DNA from: Penicillus capitatus
Taxonomy: Eukaryota; Plantae; Chlorophyta
Direction of reading: 5' to 3'
Length of the DNA: 64,000 bases
Assembly (NCBI GenBank): GCA_965649825.1
Contig: OZ287697.1
Span: 372,001-436,000 of the forward strand
Numbering within the stretch: position 1 is the first letter of the stretch; every line of letters starts with the position of its first letter. A model generated the notes under the pieces. The model was not told where the DNA came from and did not search any database. It worked only from the letters and a program-made list of their open reading frames with translations. The position numbers were made by a program, and so were the translations under genes. Shown one piece after another: positions 35,380-47,274 of the stretch.

Positions 35380-38300
35380 TCATTTGAGTGTGGCGTGGTA
35401 GAGCTCGATGTAATCCAATCCTGGTCGGTTCCAACTCCAGTCTTGCTCCATCACTCTTTTCTGCAATGCACGGAACCACGGCCGATCGTTGTACCACGCA
35501 TCGATCGCACGGTTCAGTGCATAGTCCAAATCTCCTGTACCCGTGCCCTACAGTTCGAGCATTTCGCACTCGAACCAGAATCTCACACTTTTGAAAAAGT
35601 GATTACCGAAAAGGCAAATCCATTGGTGGCATCGACGCCGTCATTGATGTAATCGGAAGAGCCTTCGATCTCCCACGCGGCACGATCTTTATCAAATTCC
35701 ACATCGAAGACGGTATCCCGCAAGCCGCCGGTGTGACGCACGACGGGGATAGAACCGTATCGCATAGCAATCATCTGCGTGAGACCGCAAGGTTCAAACA
35801 TCGACGGCACGAGAACGATATCGGAGGCAGCGTAGATCAGATGCGACAACGGTTCGTCAAAGGCGAAGCAGAAACGAACGTTGGAGCCAGCATAGCCCAA
35901 GGAAGTGGCCAGTCCTTCGAAATCTGCCTGGATCTTGGGATCAGGGGCGGATCCCAAAAGGACAAAGACGCCGCCGCGTTCGAGCACACGCCACGCGGCG
36001 TGTTTGATGAGATTCACTCCTTTCTGTGCCGTGAGACGCGAGACGACACTGACCAGCGGTGCCTCTCTGGCGCCATCGATGCCAATTCTGTTGGCCAGGG
36101 CCATTCGCGCAGCTTGTTTGCCCTCTTCTAGTGTCGACGCATCGAAGCCTTGCGGCAAAAACTGATCGTTTTCTGGATCCCAGATCTCTGTATCGATGCC
36201 GTTGCGGATGCCCATGAACTTCCCGACGTTTGGCGCAATGGCGGCGTTGCTGCCCACTTCGAAGGCATACGTCGGCGAGACCGTCGTAAATCTCTGCGAG
36301 TAATGCGCCGCCTCGCCGATCTGAATCTGGCCGTAGTTAAGATTGTGGATGGTGAAAACGACCCGTGGCTTCCACAGACCCCAATGGTGATACTCTTCCC
36401 AGTAAGCTTTGGCGATGCCCGCCGTCGGCCAGTCATGACAATGGAGGATGTCTGGCTGACGACCGGACATCAAGAGAAACTGCAACGCCGCACGATTGAA
36501 GAAATCGAAGCGCTCTCCATCGTCTGTGCGACCATAGACGCTGTTGACACTGAACATGTGATTCTTGGGCTCGATGAAAAACACACGGAGGCCTTCGACC
36601 ATCTGCGTCGTCACATAGATCTGCGTCCCGCCCCATTCGTACTCGCAATCGTACTGCAGATTTGTCAGTAGCGGTGAACTGTTAAAGAAATCAAATCTAG
36701 AAAAGGTGTGATAAAGTGTGAGATAACGAACGGTATGGGCTGCTTACCGTGGCAAGATGACCTCGACCAGATGGCCCTGTTCTTTGACAGCTCTGCCTAG
36801 CGATGTCACCACATCGCCCAGTCCACCGACCTTGGCGATCGGCGCCATCTCGACAGAGACGTGGACAATGTGAAGGGGCGGTTCCTTGGCCAGGGATCCC
36901 GTAATGGGGATATGGTAATCAAATCCACCACGGTTGTCGTACGATCCAGGACCGTCCTCGACGTCTGCAAAGACGAAATCCATCATGAAAACGTCGACAG
37001 GGATGTCCACCGTCGCCCTCCAGTGATTCCCTCCATCTCCAGGGGGCTGCATCGCGATGGGGCCCAGCTTCTTTCGGTGGGACCAGCGATTCCAGCCGCC
37101 AGTAAGGTAGAGCTGTTCTTTGCCGTTGAGGCAGGTGTCGTTCGGTGAGTAGTAGATCGTCACCTTCTCGCCAGCTTCCAGCACTGGCGGATCGGTGAAG
37201 AGGACGTGCTTGATTTGGCGGCGGCCGACTGCCATGGCACGATCCATGGCAGCCCGTCGCAACTTCTCACGCCTCTCCTGTCGTTCTCTCACTTTCTGTT
37301 CCTTCTCTCGCCGTCTGTTTCGCTCAACTTCTGTCAATGGACCACTCAAACGTTCTAGCCACGTCTCCCACGACCCTGCCGATGCAGGAGGATGCACAAT
37401 GGCACGGTAGTCGAGTCGGTTGTTGTTATCAAAGGCATCGCCGTAACAGAAAACGAAATTCAGTGCGGCTGCATCGATGGGGATATCCACTTCGGCACTC
37501 CACAGATGGTTCTCTCCTATGACGTGCGTCATCTCATAGTCCCGTGCCTCTTGCCATCCATTCATGCCAATCTTGAGCGTGAGGTTATCCGAGGGCGAAA
37601 TCTTGAGATGCGCCAGTCCTGCCGATTTGCTATCGTAGAGCACCGTCACCCGTTTCCCTGCGACGGCTGGCGGCTGCATCTTCCAAATCATCACGCCCGC
37701 GTCGTTCATCAGCTCATCTGTTCCACCTGTCAGCGAGGCACGACACAGGTAGGTGAGACACATTGTAAGGGGATGAATAGACCCACCCGCTTGCCATTCC
37801 TGATAGTGGGCCTTCAATTCGCCGATCTTCCAATTGGCTTTGTCTGAATCTTCCTTCTCCAACTGCTTCTGTTGTCGTCGCTCGGCTTCATCGGCTGCCT
37901 CTTCGGCTTCGGCCATACGACGGTCCATATCGGCTGCTGCTCGGGCATTGGCACCATCCATCCATTCATCCCGAGTCGTCCCCCAATGGACGGGAGACAA
38001 AAAATCTTGTCCGTAGTTGTTATCAAATGCCCCTTCGCCATCCGTGAACACAAAGTTCATCTCGTAGCTCTCCTGAGGAACCAAGAAACTGCAAAACCAC
38101 CAATCGGACCCATCTTCCCTCGGTGCAGCTGTCGGCTCAAGAGTGAGCGTCTCTTTCTCCAGTTCCCATTCATTAAACGCACGGATCATCTTAACCGTAG
38201 GACGGAATTTGAGCGATTCGCTGACGCCTTTGTTAAAGTACACAGCACAGTGTGCTCCGGCGACGGGCACTTCAGGGATCGAAAACCAAAGCCATTCCCC

Positions 38301-38636
38301 ACGTCCATCTGCTAACTCCACCACATCGTGATCTTCAAACTCCATCTCAGCCGCCGCAACTTTCGCCTCTTTCTCCGTTTCGATGCCGTTCGGAGCACCC
38401 TTCTCAGACGATGCGCCTTTGTCCAGTGCCTCCGAGAGTTTGGAGAAGGAAAAGACTCTGTGCTTCCCTCCTCCGCCTGTCATCACCACCTCCGGGGTCA
38501 CCTTCTTGACAGCTTCCTCTTTCGAAGATGGAATGCTATCGACAGCCTCTCCCGTTTCCACGATCTCATGATCGGCTGCCAGGATACCCTTTCTGCGTCG
38601 TGTCTTCATTTTGGAGTGCTTTTTTGGCACAGCCTA
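35380..38636 (-). CDS. SSIII: Soluble starch synthase III (CBM53 repeats + GT5 catalytic domain); 5' exons upstream of 38636 unresolved
   Basis: Three CBM-like repeats (FDNNYGQDF, FDNNNRLDY, YDNRGGFDY); VEMAPIAKVGGLGDVV, ILHCHDW, VFTIHNL, SRLTAQKG and PSMFEPCGLTQMIAMRYG; last exon ..MEQDWSWNRPGLDYIELYHATLK* ends at 35380. Confidence 0.92.
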
Positions 38637-39457
38637 TGTCCAGATCTCTGCAAATGCGCTGAGGAATGATGATATCCCACGCACTTCTCTCCGTTTTTCA
38701 TTTTCCTGGAAGATGTGTCCTGGATCGTCGCCGCCTCTGCCACCAGATGATGTGACACCCCCCTGTCACCTTCAAACGGTAAACACCGAGCTCACTGGAA
38801 GGATCCTACCGTTGATAAAGATGTGACTTTGACACGGCGGAGGCGACGGGGCCGTACATACATATGCCTGTCAATAAATGATGCCCCTTCTGCCATGCAG
38901 CGTCGTCCGATCGCCAGACGTCCCGTCATTCCTTGACCACACCATAACTTGCATGTCGTTAAGGGAAGGCTTTACTGGGAAATGCTCTTTTTGGGAAGGA
39001 AGCGCTCGTCGCACGTGGCCTCGCGACTCTGCCGTACAATTTCTGGTGCGGAACAAACTTCAAGACGAGCGGCGTCAAAGATGAGCCTTACGTGCGAGGA
39101 GAATAGCTGTGACGATGCGAGCGCTTTCATCGCGAAGAGCCCGTGTTCTATGTTTGATCAATCGGCCCGCTTCATCTACGGCGCTTAATGCACAGCCACT
39201 ACTGCAACTGTCACATCACACCAACGTCGACGCAACACAAGGGAAAACAGACAGTGAGGACATGAAACGTTCGGCAAACGGTTAGAACGGGAACGAACAT
39301 AAATCCCGGTGCAGCTGCAACCTCTTCCGCAGGGCTAAACGATTTGCGTTAAGACCAACGCCTTTGCGTTTATTTCTTCGCCTTCGGCCCTTCAGAATGG
39401 AAGCGATGAATATCCAGACAGTACGTTATCCGTACCCTCGTCCACCAATCCGTATCG

Positions 39458-40183
39458 ATGCTCAAGGGGACGGCACTCGCTTCTCGAGGAGAGACGTCTC
39501 AGCGTCCAGAGCAAGACACCCAAAGCGAACAACAATCCACTGACGTGCGCGTTGCCGCAGGTCTCTGTCTTTGCTCGAATCCAAATCCTCACACTTTTGC
39601 AATAGCAGATATTCTGGATCTGTTAACAGGAGAACACCTGCTGTCCAGTTATAGAGGCGTTGATTACAAATGCTTTGGAGACAATTGCCTTATGGCCCGG
39701 CGAGACACCATCTGGCTGACCAATCGCCGCATCGTTATTCAGGAGACGATGACTGTTCTCGGATTACGTGTGGTCTCATCACAAGCGTCCTTTCGATACA
39801 AGGACCTGCAGCATCTCTCACTCAAAATTGACTACCGTCTGAAATTTCTCTTTGTTACTGCCGTGAGTCTCTATGGCCAATCGGAACTCATTGGACGAGA
39901 CAACCACTTTCTCGCGTTTCTGGGAGTGATACTCTTCATCATTGGCGTCCTGTGCTTTCTCTACTATCTAGCCAAGTTCTTCTTGAAAGAGGAACTGCAT
40001 TTGGATTTCTACAAGGAGGAGACGGTGAATACTTGGTTGTATCTGCTCGAAGGGTTCTTTCGCCGTCGATATGGATCGTCCATTACAAAGAGCTTGAATC
40101 TCACACTGGAAGACAGCTACGCCGTCATCAAGGAACTCTACGAACACGATCTCACTCAATTTGCCGAAGACAAAATCGAATAA
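39458..40183 (+). CDS. Membrane-hairpin PH/GRAM-like family member P2
   Basis: LLTGEHLL..WLTNRRIVI..ASFRYKDLQHLS..2 TM..LHLDFYKEETVNTW..GSSITKSL..LYEHDLTQFAEDK. N-terminal exon structure uncertain. Confidence 0.8.
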   Translation: MLKGTALASRGETSQRPEQDTQSEQQSTDVRVAAGLCLCSNPNPHTFAIADILDLLTGEHLLSSYRGVDYKCFGDNCLMARRDTIWLTNRRIVIQETMTVLGLRVVSSQASFRYKDLQHLSLKIDYRLKFLFVTAVSLYGQSELIGRDNHFLAFLGVILFIIGVLCFLYYLAKFFLKEELHLDFYKEETVNTWLYLLEGFFRRRYGSSITKSLNLTLEDSYAVIKELYEHDLTQFAEDKIE

Positions 40184-40416
40184 CTTGTCGACCTAAATCG
40201 AAAACCCGATGTGGCCCAACGCCCTTTGTTCTCACTCAAAAATGATGTGCCGTGTCAGACGCTCTTGTATCTCTGTACCGGTAACAAGTCATTGGTAAAA
40301 AGTGTGATCTCACATGCAGTCGATTCTCACGAAAATAGGGTGGTCATTCCTACTAGGCAACGACGAGGCAACCGCAAGACATATTTCTATAAACGCGAAC
40401 TTCTCTAAGAACGACG

Positions 40417-41232
40417 TTGCCTTTCACAACGCCTTCTGCCTTCACTCACCCTTCCCTTCGTTACATGGCGAATACCGGAACTCAGATACCGTCTGAACCA
40501 ACGTCAGAAAGAGTCCGTGATAGACCAAGCTCTTCATCCCTAACCGCCGGGCAGTCCGCCGTTCTTCCTTCCGCGCCCGTTATTCGTTCGTTGCCCTCTC
40601 CTCTCTTCCCGACCTCCTTTCCTTTTTGCCGTTTAGGACATCACACTCCTCTGGCATTGCTACCGGGCGAAGATCTCATTCTATCGGCCGGAATCAAAGA
40701 CAGTTGGAGGGTCAGCCTTACACATCTGCCTTACATCTTGACAACCATACCGACGATTCGAATCACGGATCGTCGTATCATCATCCAAGTGAAGAAGAAA
40801 TTTCTGGGGATCACGTTCTACATGAAGGAAGAGTCCTTCAACTGTGATGACCTTCAACAGCTCTCTCTGCGGAGTTCCTTGGATTTTCCTCGCGGTTTCT
40901 TCTCTCTGTTGCTCTTCGTTGGGGTGATCGTCGTGACTGCACTCAAGCTTGCGCAATCTATCTGCTTAGCTTTCCTCATTTCTGCTATTCTAGTCTCCCT
41001 CGCTGCTGTCGTGAACACTGCTTCTAACAGCACGTTAAATCTGGATTTCTACAGAAATGAGACCGTGCATTCGTGGCTGCCTTTTCTGGGATTTGGAGCT
41101 GGGGCATTGAGACACGGCTCATCGATTCGGAAGAAAATTGAAATGCCAACGGGCGAATGCATGTCCTGTCTTATTGTACTTTACGAGCACGACAAGACAC
41201 AGTTCGCCGAAGACAAGAGAACGCAAGAATGA
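40417..41232 (+). CDS. Membrane-hairpin PH/GRAM-like family member P3
   Basis: LLPGEDLI..ITDRRIII..EESFNCDDLQQLS..2 TM..LNLDFYRNETVHSW..GSSIRKKI..LYEHDKTQFAEDK. Start likely at MANTG; a short 5' intron is possible. Confidence 0.8.
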   Translation: MPFTTPSAFTHPSLRYMANTGTQIPSEPTSERVRDRPSSSSLTAGQSAVLPSAPVIRSLPSPLFPTSFPFCRLGHHTPLALLPGEDLILSAGIKDSWRVSLTHLPYILTTIPTIRITDRRIIIQVKKKFLGITFYMKEESFNCDDLQQLSLRSSLDFPRGFFSLLLFVGVIVVTALKLAQSICLAFLISAILVSLAAVVNTASNSTLNLDFYRNETVHSWLPFLGFGAGALRHGSSIRKKIEMPTGECMSCLIVLYEHDKTQFAEDKRTQE

Positions 41233-41639
41233 GACAGAATTCACCCACTTCTCTAAGAGCTATTCTATTGTGACCATTATCTCGAGATGACTTCATCTCA
41301 TGCTGTCGAGCAAACCGCATTATCACCGCAGTTGTACATGACGCGGCGGACGGTTGATATGAGGTTGTAGCACGTGAGAAAGGGTGAAAGTCTGAGTGTG
41401 GGTTCTGTTTTGGGAGTGTCGTTGTAATACATTGGTGAACGAGGTTGCAGTCGTTACGAGGTAACAGGTTCCGTGTCGATAATCTTTTCGTAAGTGGAAT
41501 GTCCAATGCAGCGCCGTAGGCACCAACGATGGAATCTGTCGTGCGACACGGTAGCATTTATCAAAGGACCCAAACAACACGTCCTATAGCATCTGCGGGC
41601 ATCACACGTGTGAGAAGCATCCACTGTATAGAACACTGA

Positions 41640-42335
41640 ATGAGCGGTGTAGGTGTTTTCCCTGGCTTTGTTTGTTTGCCTGGGGAGAGGATTTTTCTGG
41701 CGTGCGACTCAAGCACATACTGCGATTCCTTGACAACGGCCATGAATCTGCATACTAGATGCGATGCTTCCTACTTCTGTTGTTTTATGTGTTATTGCCT
41801 ATGCCCCCCTTTCTCTTGTTGTTGCGCATCATGTGTCCCTTCTTCTCGTTGGAGGGTGACTCTCACCGATAGACGCATCGTCATCGAGGAAACAGTCAAA
41901 TTTCTCTGCATTCCTGTCATTACTGTCCAAGAGTCTTTCAGATACAAGGACCTCCAACATGTCTCTGCGCAGAAGGATTTGGATTTCCTTAGAGCGACGA
42001 CTGGATTTGCACTTCTTTCTTTCGCTGTACCGTGGGCGTTTGTTCTTTTTCCGTTGGGAATTATGTTGGCCATGCCCTTTCTCATCACTGCTGTGATTTT
42101 TTGGTTCTTTGCATGGATGAACACACAGAGGCTAAGAACTCTGACCCTCGACTTCTACAAGAAGCAGACCGTACAGTCATGGCTTCCGTTTATGGATTCG
42201 GTGCTCACGCCAGTAGTCATTGGCTCAACAATTCGAAAGCACATCCGATTGCCACCTCCTGTCTGTCGTGCCATCATGCAGTTGATCTACGACAACGATC
42301 TGACACAGTTCGCTGAAGACAAGGACGAATTGTAG
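41640..42335 (+). CDS. Membrane-hairpin PH/GRAM-like family member P4 (Cys-rich insert)
   Basis: CLPGERIF..LTDRRIVI..ESFRYKDLQHVS..2 TM..LTLDFYKKQTVQSW..GSTIRKHI..YDNDLTQFAEDK. A first exon from ATG ~41529 is possible. Confidence 0.8.
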   Translation: MSGVGVFPGFVCLPGERIFLACDSSTYCDSLTTAMNLHTRCDASYFCCFMCYCLCPPFSCCCASCVPSSRWRVTLTDRRIVIEETVKFLCIPVITVQESFRYKDLQHVSAQKDLDFLRATTGFALLSFAVPWAFVLFPLGIMLAMPFLITAVIFWFFAWMNTQRLRTLTLDFYKKQTVQSWLPFMDSVLTPVVIGSTIRKHIRLPPPVCRAIMQLIYDNDLTQFAEDKDEL

Positions 42336-42447
42336 CGTCTCACTCTTTTAAGTAATGGTCGAGTCTCATGCGCCAATCTAGCATTACATCAAAACGAGCA
42401 TCATTCAGCGCCACGCGTTTCAAAGATAAGAGACCGCGCACGCCTCT

Positions 42448-43257
42448 TTGTCTGCCTCGCATCGAAAGAGTGAGACGCGTAGAGAAACGAAAACCACGTA
42501 CTCAAAGAAGGAAACTATTACCGCATCTTTCTGGTCTCCTCTCTTGAAGGCGTATGACAGTCGCCGCGGCCGAAACATGGAACACATTTCGTCGCTGCCA
42601 AACGAGACAGTTCTACACCGCTTTACAACATCGTCCTATGTGAACGGAGAAGAGGTCTCTGTTTATTTTTGCTTCCTGAGTTTTCTGTGGACACTGCATC
42701 TCACCGATCGTCGTATTGCCATACGAGTCGTCAAGAAGCTCTTCGGATTCTCGTTCCACGAGAGGGAAGAGTCTTTCAGATACAAGGACCTGAAACATGT
42801 TTCCATTTCGACAAATATCGCCTACTGGAAATTCTTCTTCAGTCTGTTCTCTTTGACAACTGTCCTTTGCATCGTGGATGTCATTCGATATCTCAGTGGT
42901 GACACTGAGAATGGATCTGACATTTCCTTTTTTTCGACTGCTGTATTCGAAATGTTTGCCATTGTGGAGATGATCTTAGTCCTTGTTGGGGTCGTTCTAT
43001 CATACGTTCTGTTCGTTATGGCTTTGGTGGAGTCTTTTTACTTCAAGAGCGTTAGTTTAGACTTTTATAAGAAGGAACGTGTTGAGTCATGGCACTTCTT
43101 CGCTGCGTATACCGGTCGATTTGGATCGCCCACGACAAGAACTTTGAGATTCTCTACTGAGCAATGCCATGCGATTGCGAAGGCGCTGCACGAACACGGC
43201 AAAACACAGTTATTGGACGATTCAGTGAGCTCAAATCCGTCGCGAACAATAGAGTGA
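42448..43257 (+). CDS. Membrane-hairpin PH/GRAM-like family member P5
   Basis: SLPNETVL..LTDRRIAI..EESFRYKDLKHVS..hydrophobic segments..VSLDFYKKERVESW..GSPTTRTL..LHEHGKTQLLDD. Start uncertain. Confidence 0.8.
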   Translation: MSASHRKSETRRETKTTYSKKETITASFWSPLLKAYDSRRGRNMEHISSLPNETVLHRFTTSSYVNGEEVSVYFCFLSFLWTLHLTDRRIAIRVVKKLFGFSFHEREESFRYKDLKHVSISTNIAYWKFFFSLFSLTTVLCIVDVIRYLSGDTENGSDISFFSTAVFEMFAIVEMILVLVGVVLSYVLFVMALVESFYFKSVSLDFYKKERVESWHFFAAYTGRFGSPTTRTLRFSTEQCHAIAKALHEHGKTQLLDDSVSSNPSRTIE

Positions 43258-43760
43258 CGTCAACAATATGCATCGTGACATTTTGCTGTTAGATTTTGTG
43301 CCATACATTCGATGTACTCTCCATAGTCCTGTTGGCAGTGGAAGCGTTAAACCTTTATCACACTTTCTCACACTTTATCTGCAGCAAAAAGTCTCCTCTT
43401 TTCAGATCTGTCCATGCAAAGACGTCCATACGCCATTCACGAAGACGATCAAGAAGCTCCAATGATGTCATACAGTCTACGGCGGAGATAGATCGGCCCA
43501 AAGGCTTAGCGCTTTGCAACACTTTCAAGCAAGGGCGCTGAGAATTGGAAGTTGCAGATGGTATCAGGTCCTTTACTTGTTTTAACTTCAGTGTGTGTCA
43601 TTGAGCTCATTGCCACGTTGCCTGTCACCATGAACAGTGTGCCCGAGTGCTTAACCGTTTCTGCTATGAAGCGGCCTGTCTTGTCGACAACGTTCTTTCG
43701 CCGAAGCACGCATCTCACTCCTCTTCGCGTTTTAAGGAAAGGAGACCCAGAATCCCCGCG

Positions 43761-44575
43761 ATGCAAGAACAGCAACCCATTGCTGCTAAACCGTCTTTTG
43801 CCCACAATGCCAACTCTTCACAAACCGAAACACGGGAAGGTCACTCTCCCGAAGGACCGCTAACTGCGACAACGGCGCCGGATTGCCCGGATTCAGTTTC
43901 AGCATCCATGTCTGCCGGGTGCCGACAACCAGGTTTACTGCTGCCTGACATTTTGAGCGCTTCGTGAAATGTGTTGCAGTGAGCCTCGAAGGCACGGCGC
44001 TGTTGCCCGATGAGATCGTTCTGGTGTCCTACAGGAAACAGAAGTTTTCGCCCGAATTCCTCACTTTTCCGCCGTTCCTCTGGATTTGGAAAACCGTAGA
44101 TGTCATACATCTCACCAATCGCCGCATCGTCATCAAGAAAGCGAGGAACTTTTTTTCCATGCCCATCACATCAAAGGAACAGTACTTTCGCTACAACGAT
44201 CTTCAACACATCTCTGTCCGTAGCAACGTCGATTTTCTGTATCTGATTGTATCCATTGCTCTCGGTCTTTTGCTCGGAGGATGTCGTCTGTTAAAAATCG
44301 ATACGTGCCAGAACACGTCGTTTCTTTGGGGGTTCTCTTTCTTGAGCGCCGCCATTTTCCTCAGCGGATGGATCGCTGCGTTTGTAGGGAGTCATTTGGA
44401 TTTGGATTTTTCCAAAAGGCAGACAGTCCATTCTTGGTCGATTCTGAAGGGCTGGGGACTCTTGGCCTTAAAAATCGGCTCGTCCACGACACAGTCCGTC
44501 CGATTAGCCCCTGAGGACTGCTATGAAGCAATGTACTGGCTCTACCAATACCCAAAAACGACATTCTCTTGGTAG
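43761..44575 (+). CDS. Membrane-hairpin PH/GRAM-like family member P6 (255 aa)
   Basis: Phase-1 intron 43933-43979 joins MQEQQ..RQP to VSLEGTALLPDEIVL..LTNRRIVI..QYFRYNDLQHIS..2 TM..LDLDFSKRQTVHSW..GSSTTQSV (768 nt, in frame). Confidence 0.78.
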
Positions 44576-44971
44576 CACAAAGACGGTGGCGACATTTGAT
44601 GATGCTGACTGGCTTTAATGCCTACGCAAACGACGGCGCCGCCGATGCTCGACCTTTTTTGGCAGCTGATCTGTCGTGGATCGTAATAGTAAGACGGCTG
44701 TATTGCGAGGCTTCTGGATGAGGACCGTGAAAGGAGGTCACTGTCGACGATGTGACACTCGACGTGTAGCAGGTCGACAGTTGGTTACAATCATTGGTCT
44801 TAAGTCATCAAACGGTTAGTTTTCAAAATCTTTGCATCATCGATACGTCCGACCCACGTTTACATTTCCTATCCGACACGCCGAGGCATTTCCCACGCGG
44901 TTACCTTGACGTGCTCCGCCACTCGACATAAACGCGTCTGGCTCTTTTTCGTCACCCTCTACCTTCTAAAG

Positions 44972-46529
44972 ATGTCTACCACTCAGAACCCGGTGCGCAA
45001 CTTTGTGTGACCGTCTCCAGCGGATTGCACCTGACTGCTTGGATTGTCTCTTAGGCTAAAGACACCGATACTGCGGCAACGATTGACGCCGGCGAAGAAT
45101 GTGCGGGTAAGGGCAAGAGCACTACCCCCGCCGGCGAAGCGTCGGTTACCGTCGGCACGGACTCGCCCGGCGTTCGCCTTCAAGACGAGAGACTTGACAA
45201 TACGTTCAAAGGAATTGACCTCGAATGCTACAACCGCATCGGCATTCTCTCAACGCACGACGAAATCTCTCTGACAAACAGACGCATCGCTACGAAGCGC
45301 AATGTCAAACTGTGTGGCCTGTCGATCATGAACACGGAGGAATCGTTCCTCTATCAGGACCTCCAACACATCTCTGTCAAATCCGAACACAGATTTGGAT
45401 TTCTCGTCGGGAGTCTGTTGGGTCTGTACGCCCAGTCTGGGCTTCTCTTGGAAGCGGGAGCATTCTATGTTTTCCTCGCCGTGGTCGTCATTATCCTCAG
45501 CATCCTTGCACTGTTGTATTTTCTCCGTGGTTTGTGTGACCGTGGGGCGCTCTCATTGGATTTTCATAGAAAGGGCGTGGCGGATCGATGGTATTGGCTT
45601 TCCAATCCTATCCTCAGGGCTAAAAATGGATCGTCTTTGACAAAGACCGTTCATCTGAACAGAAATGATAGGGCCACGGTGACAAGAATGCTCTATGAAC
45701 ACCCACTGTCCAATTTTGCTATGTCTGACTTCCATCCCGGAGAGAGTAGCCAGGTAAGCAATTCATCACATAATGTCGTCCTCCGTTTCACTCCACCTCT
45801 TTGTACTGTCATGCAGAAAGCCTCCAATGTCGAGATAGATCCACTGCCATCACAAGAGGACAAAGACACTAAGGAAGGTAATCACACACCGTCGTCTTCA
45901 ATGCGCAAAAATAATAACCGTTGAGTTGAGTAGATGATGGTCCACAACTTATGTCTGGTGAACGCATTGAGAGAGCATTCGGTGGCGTGGAGATCAGTGG
46001 AAAGTGTGATGCTGGTTTGGGTATCACAGAGTTGGCGTCGATGGAAGATCGAATTTATCTGACGAACAAACGCATCTTCATCAGGAAAAAGCGCTCGCTC
46101 TGTGGCGTCCCCATTTTTTCCTCCGAAGCGTCGTTTCTCTTTCAGGATCTCCAACATATTTCTGTCAAGATGGAACGCAAGAGTCGATTTGCTGTGACGG
46201 GACTTGGGTGTCTTGTGGTCGGTATCATCTGGAATGCGTTAACATTCAGCGATGCCGGAACGGCGCTGTCGGTGACACTCATGATCGTTGGCATTCTGCT
46301 GTTGTTTTCCATCTTCCAGATCTTCGTTGCCAAACCGATGCTGCATCTGGATTTCTACAAAAAGGCGACAGTGAATCAATGGCTCTTCGGATTGGACGCC
46401 ATTTCCGTACTCAAGGAAGGATCTGCCGTTACTGAAACGGTCCATCTCAACACGGATGATTTGGTGTCCATCACACGTATGCTCTATGCACACCCACTCG
46501 CTCAGTATGTCGAAGATCGAGAACGTTGA
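44972..46529 (+). CDS. Membrane-hairpin PH/GRAM-like family member P7, predicted two-domain fusion (458 aa)
   Basis: Introns 44993-45054, 45754-45816 and 45878-45933 join ORFs 45328-45924 and 45951-46529 in frame (1377 nt). Each half has LTN(R/K)RI, SF(L)xQDLQHIS, two TM helices, LDF and GS-x-T motifs. Confidence 0.72.
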
Positions 46530-47274
46530 AAGCAGTTGCTAAGAATTTCGTTACGATATCTGTCGCTCAAAGACAGCCATACTTTCATCAATCGCTCTCC
46601 TGCTGCAAATGTCAAACGATTTCTATACTGTCTTTCTTCGATGGGTCTGTTTCTGCTATGCTGAGACGGGACAGGGAATTTGTGGAGGCTTATACCATAT
46701 CACGCATTTTTGCCGTTTATCTTATCCATTACTGACACTCGCTGTTTGCATCGCTCCCTCTCTTCAGCATATTGAAATATACTGAGGTGATTGTCTTTGG
46801 GTCGTTTTAACGATTTCTAGCTATAATCTCCTATCAATGTCTCTAAGTTTTTGAAGTAACCGTCACTGAGCTCATTCACCGTCCACGTGTACTCGCGTCA
46901 TGCTTACCTATAGACGGTGCATGTGCGTCGTTGACGAACATCTCACGAGCAGCTGCCCTCGACGGTTGTGTGTTCCGTCGGATAGTCATTGAGGTGACGG
47001 TTCTTGTTTAGAGATAAAAGTTCGCTCCGGGCATCCCCTCGCAGCTTATCATTTATTTGCTTTCTCTGTTCCTCACGCACTCTTCTGATTCGCGTTTCCG
47101 GTGAACCGTCGCGGAAGGCATTTCCAGCCACACTTTGGCGAGTTTTTTACAACTCTAAACCTGTCCTTCGACCAGTCAGTGTCCGAGACAACACTCAATT
47201 CACCGTAAGGACCGCCGCCGTACATACGACCTCTGACTTCGTTGGTGTAATGAACAGCATCCGACGTCAGAATA

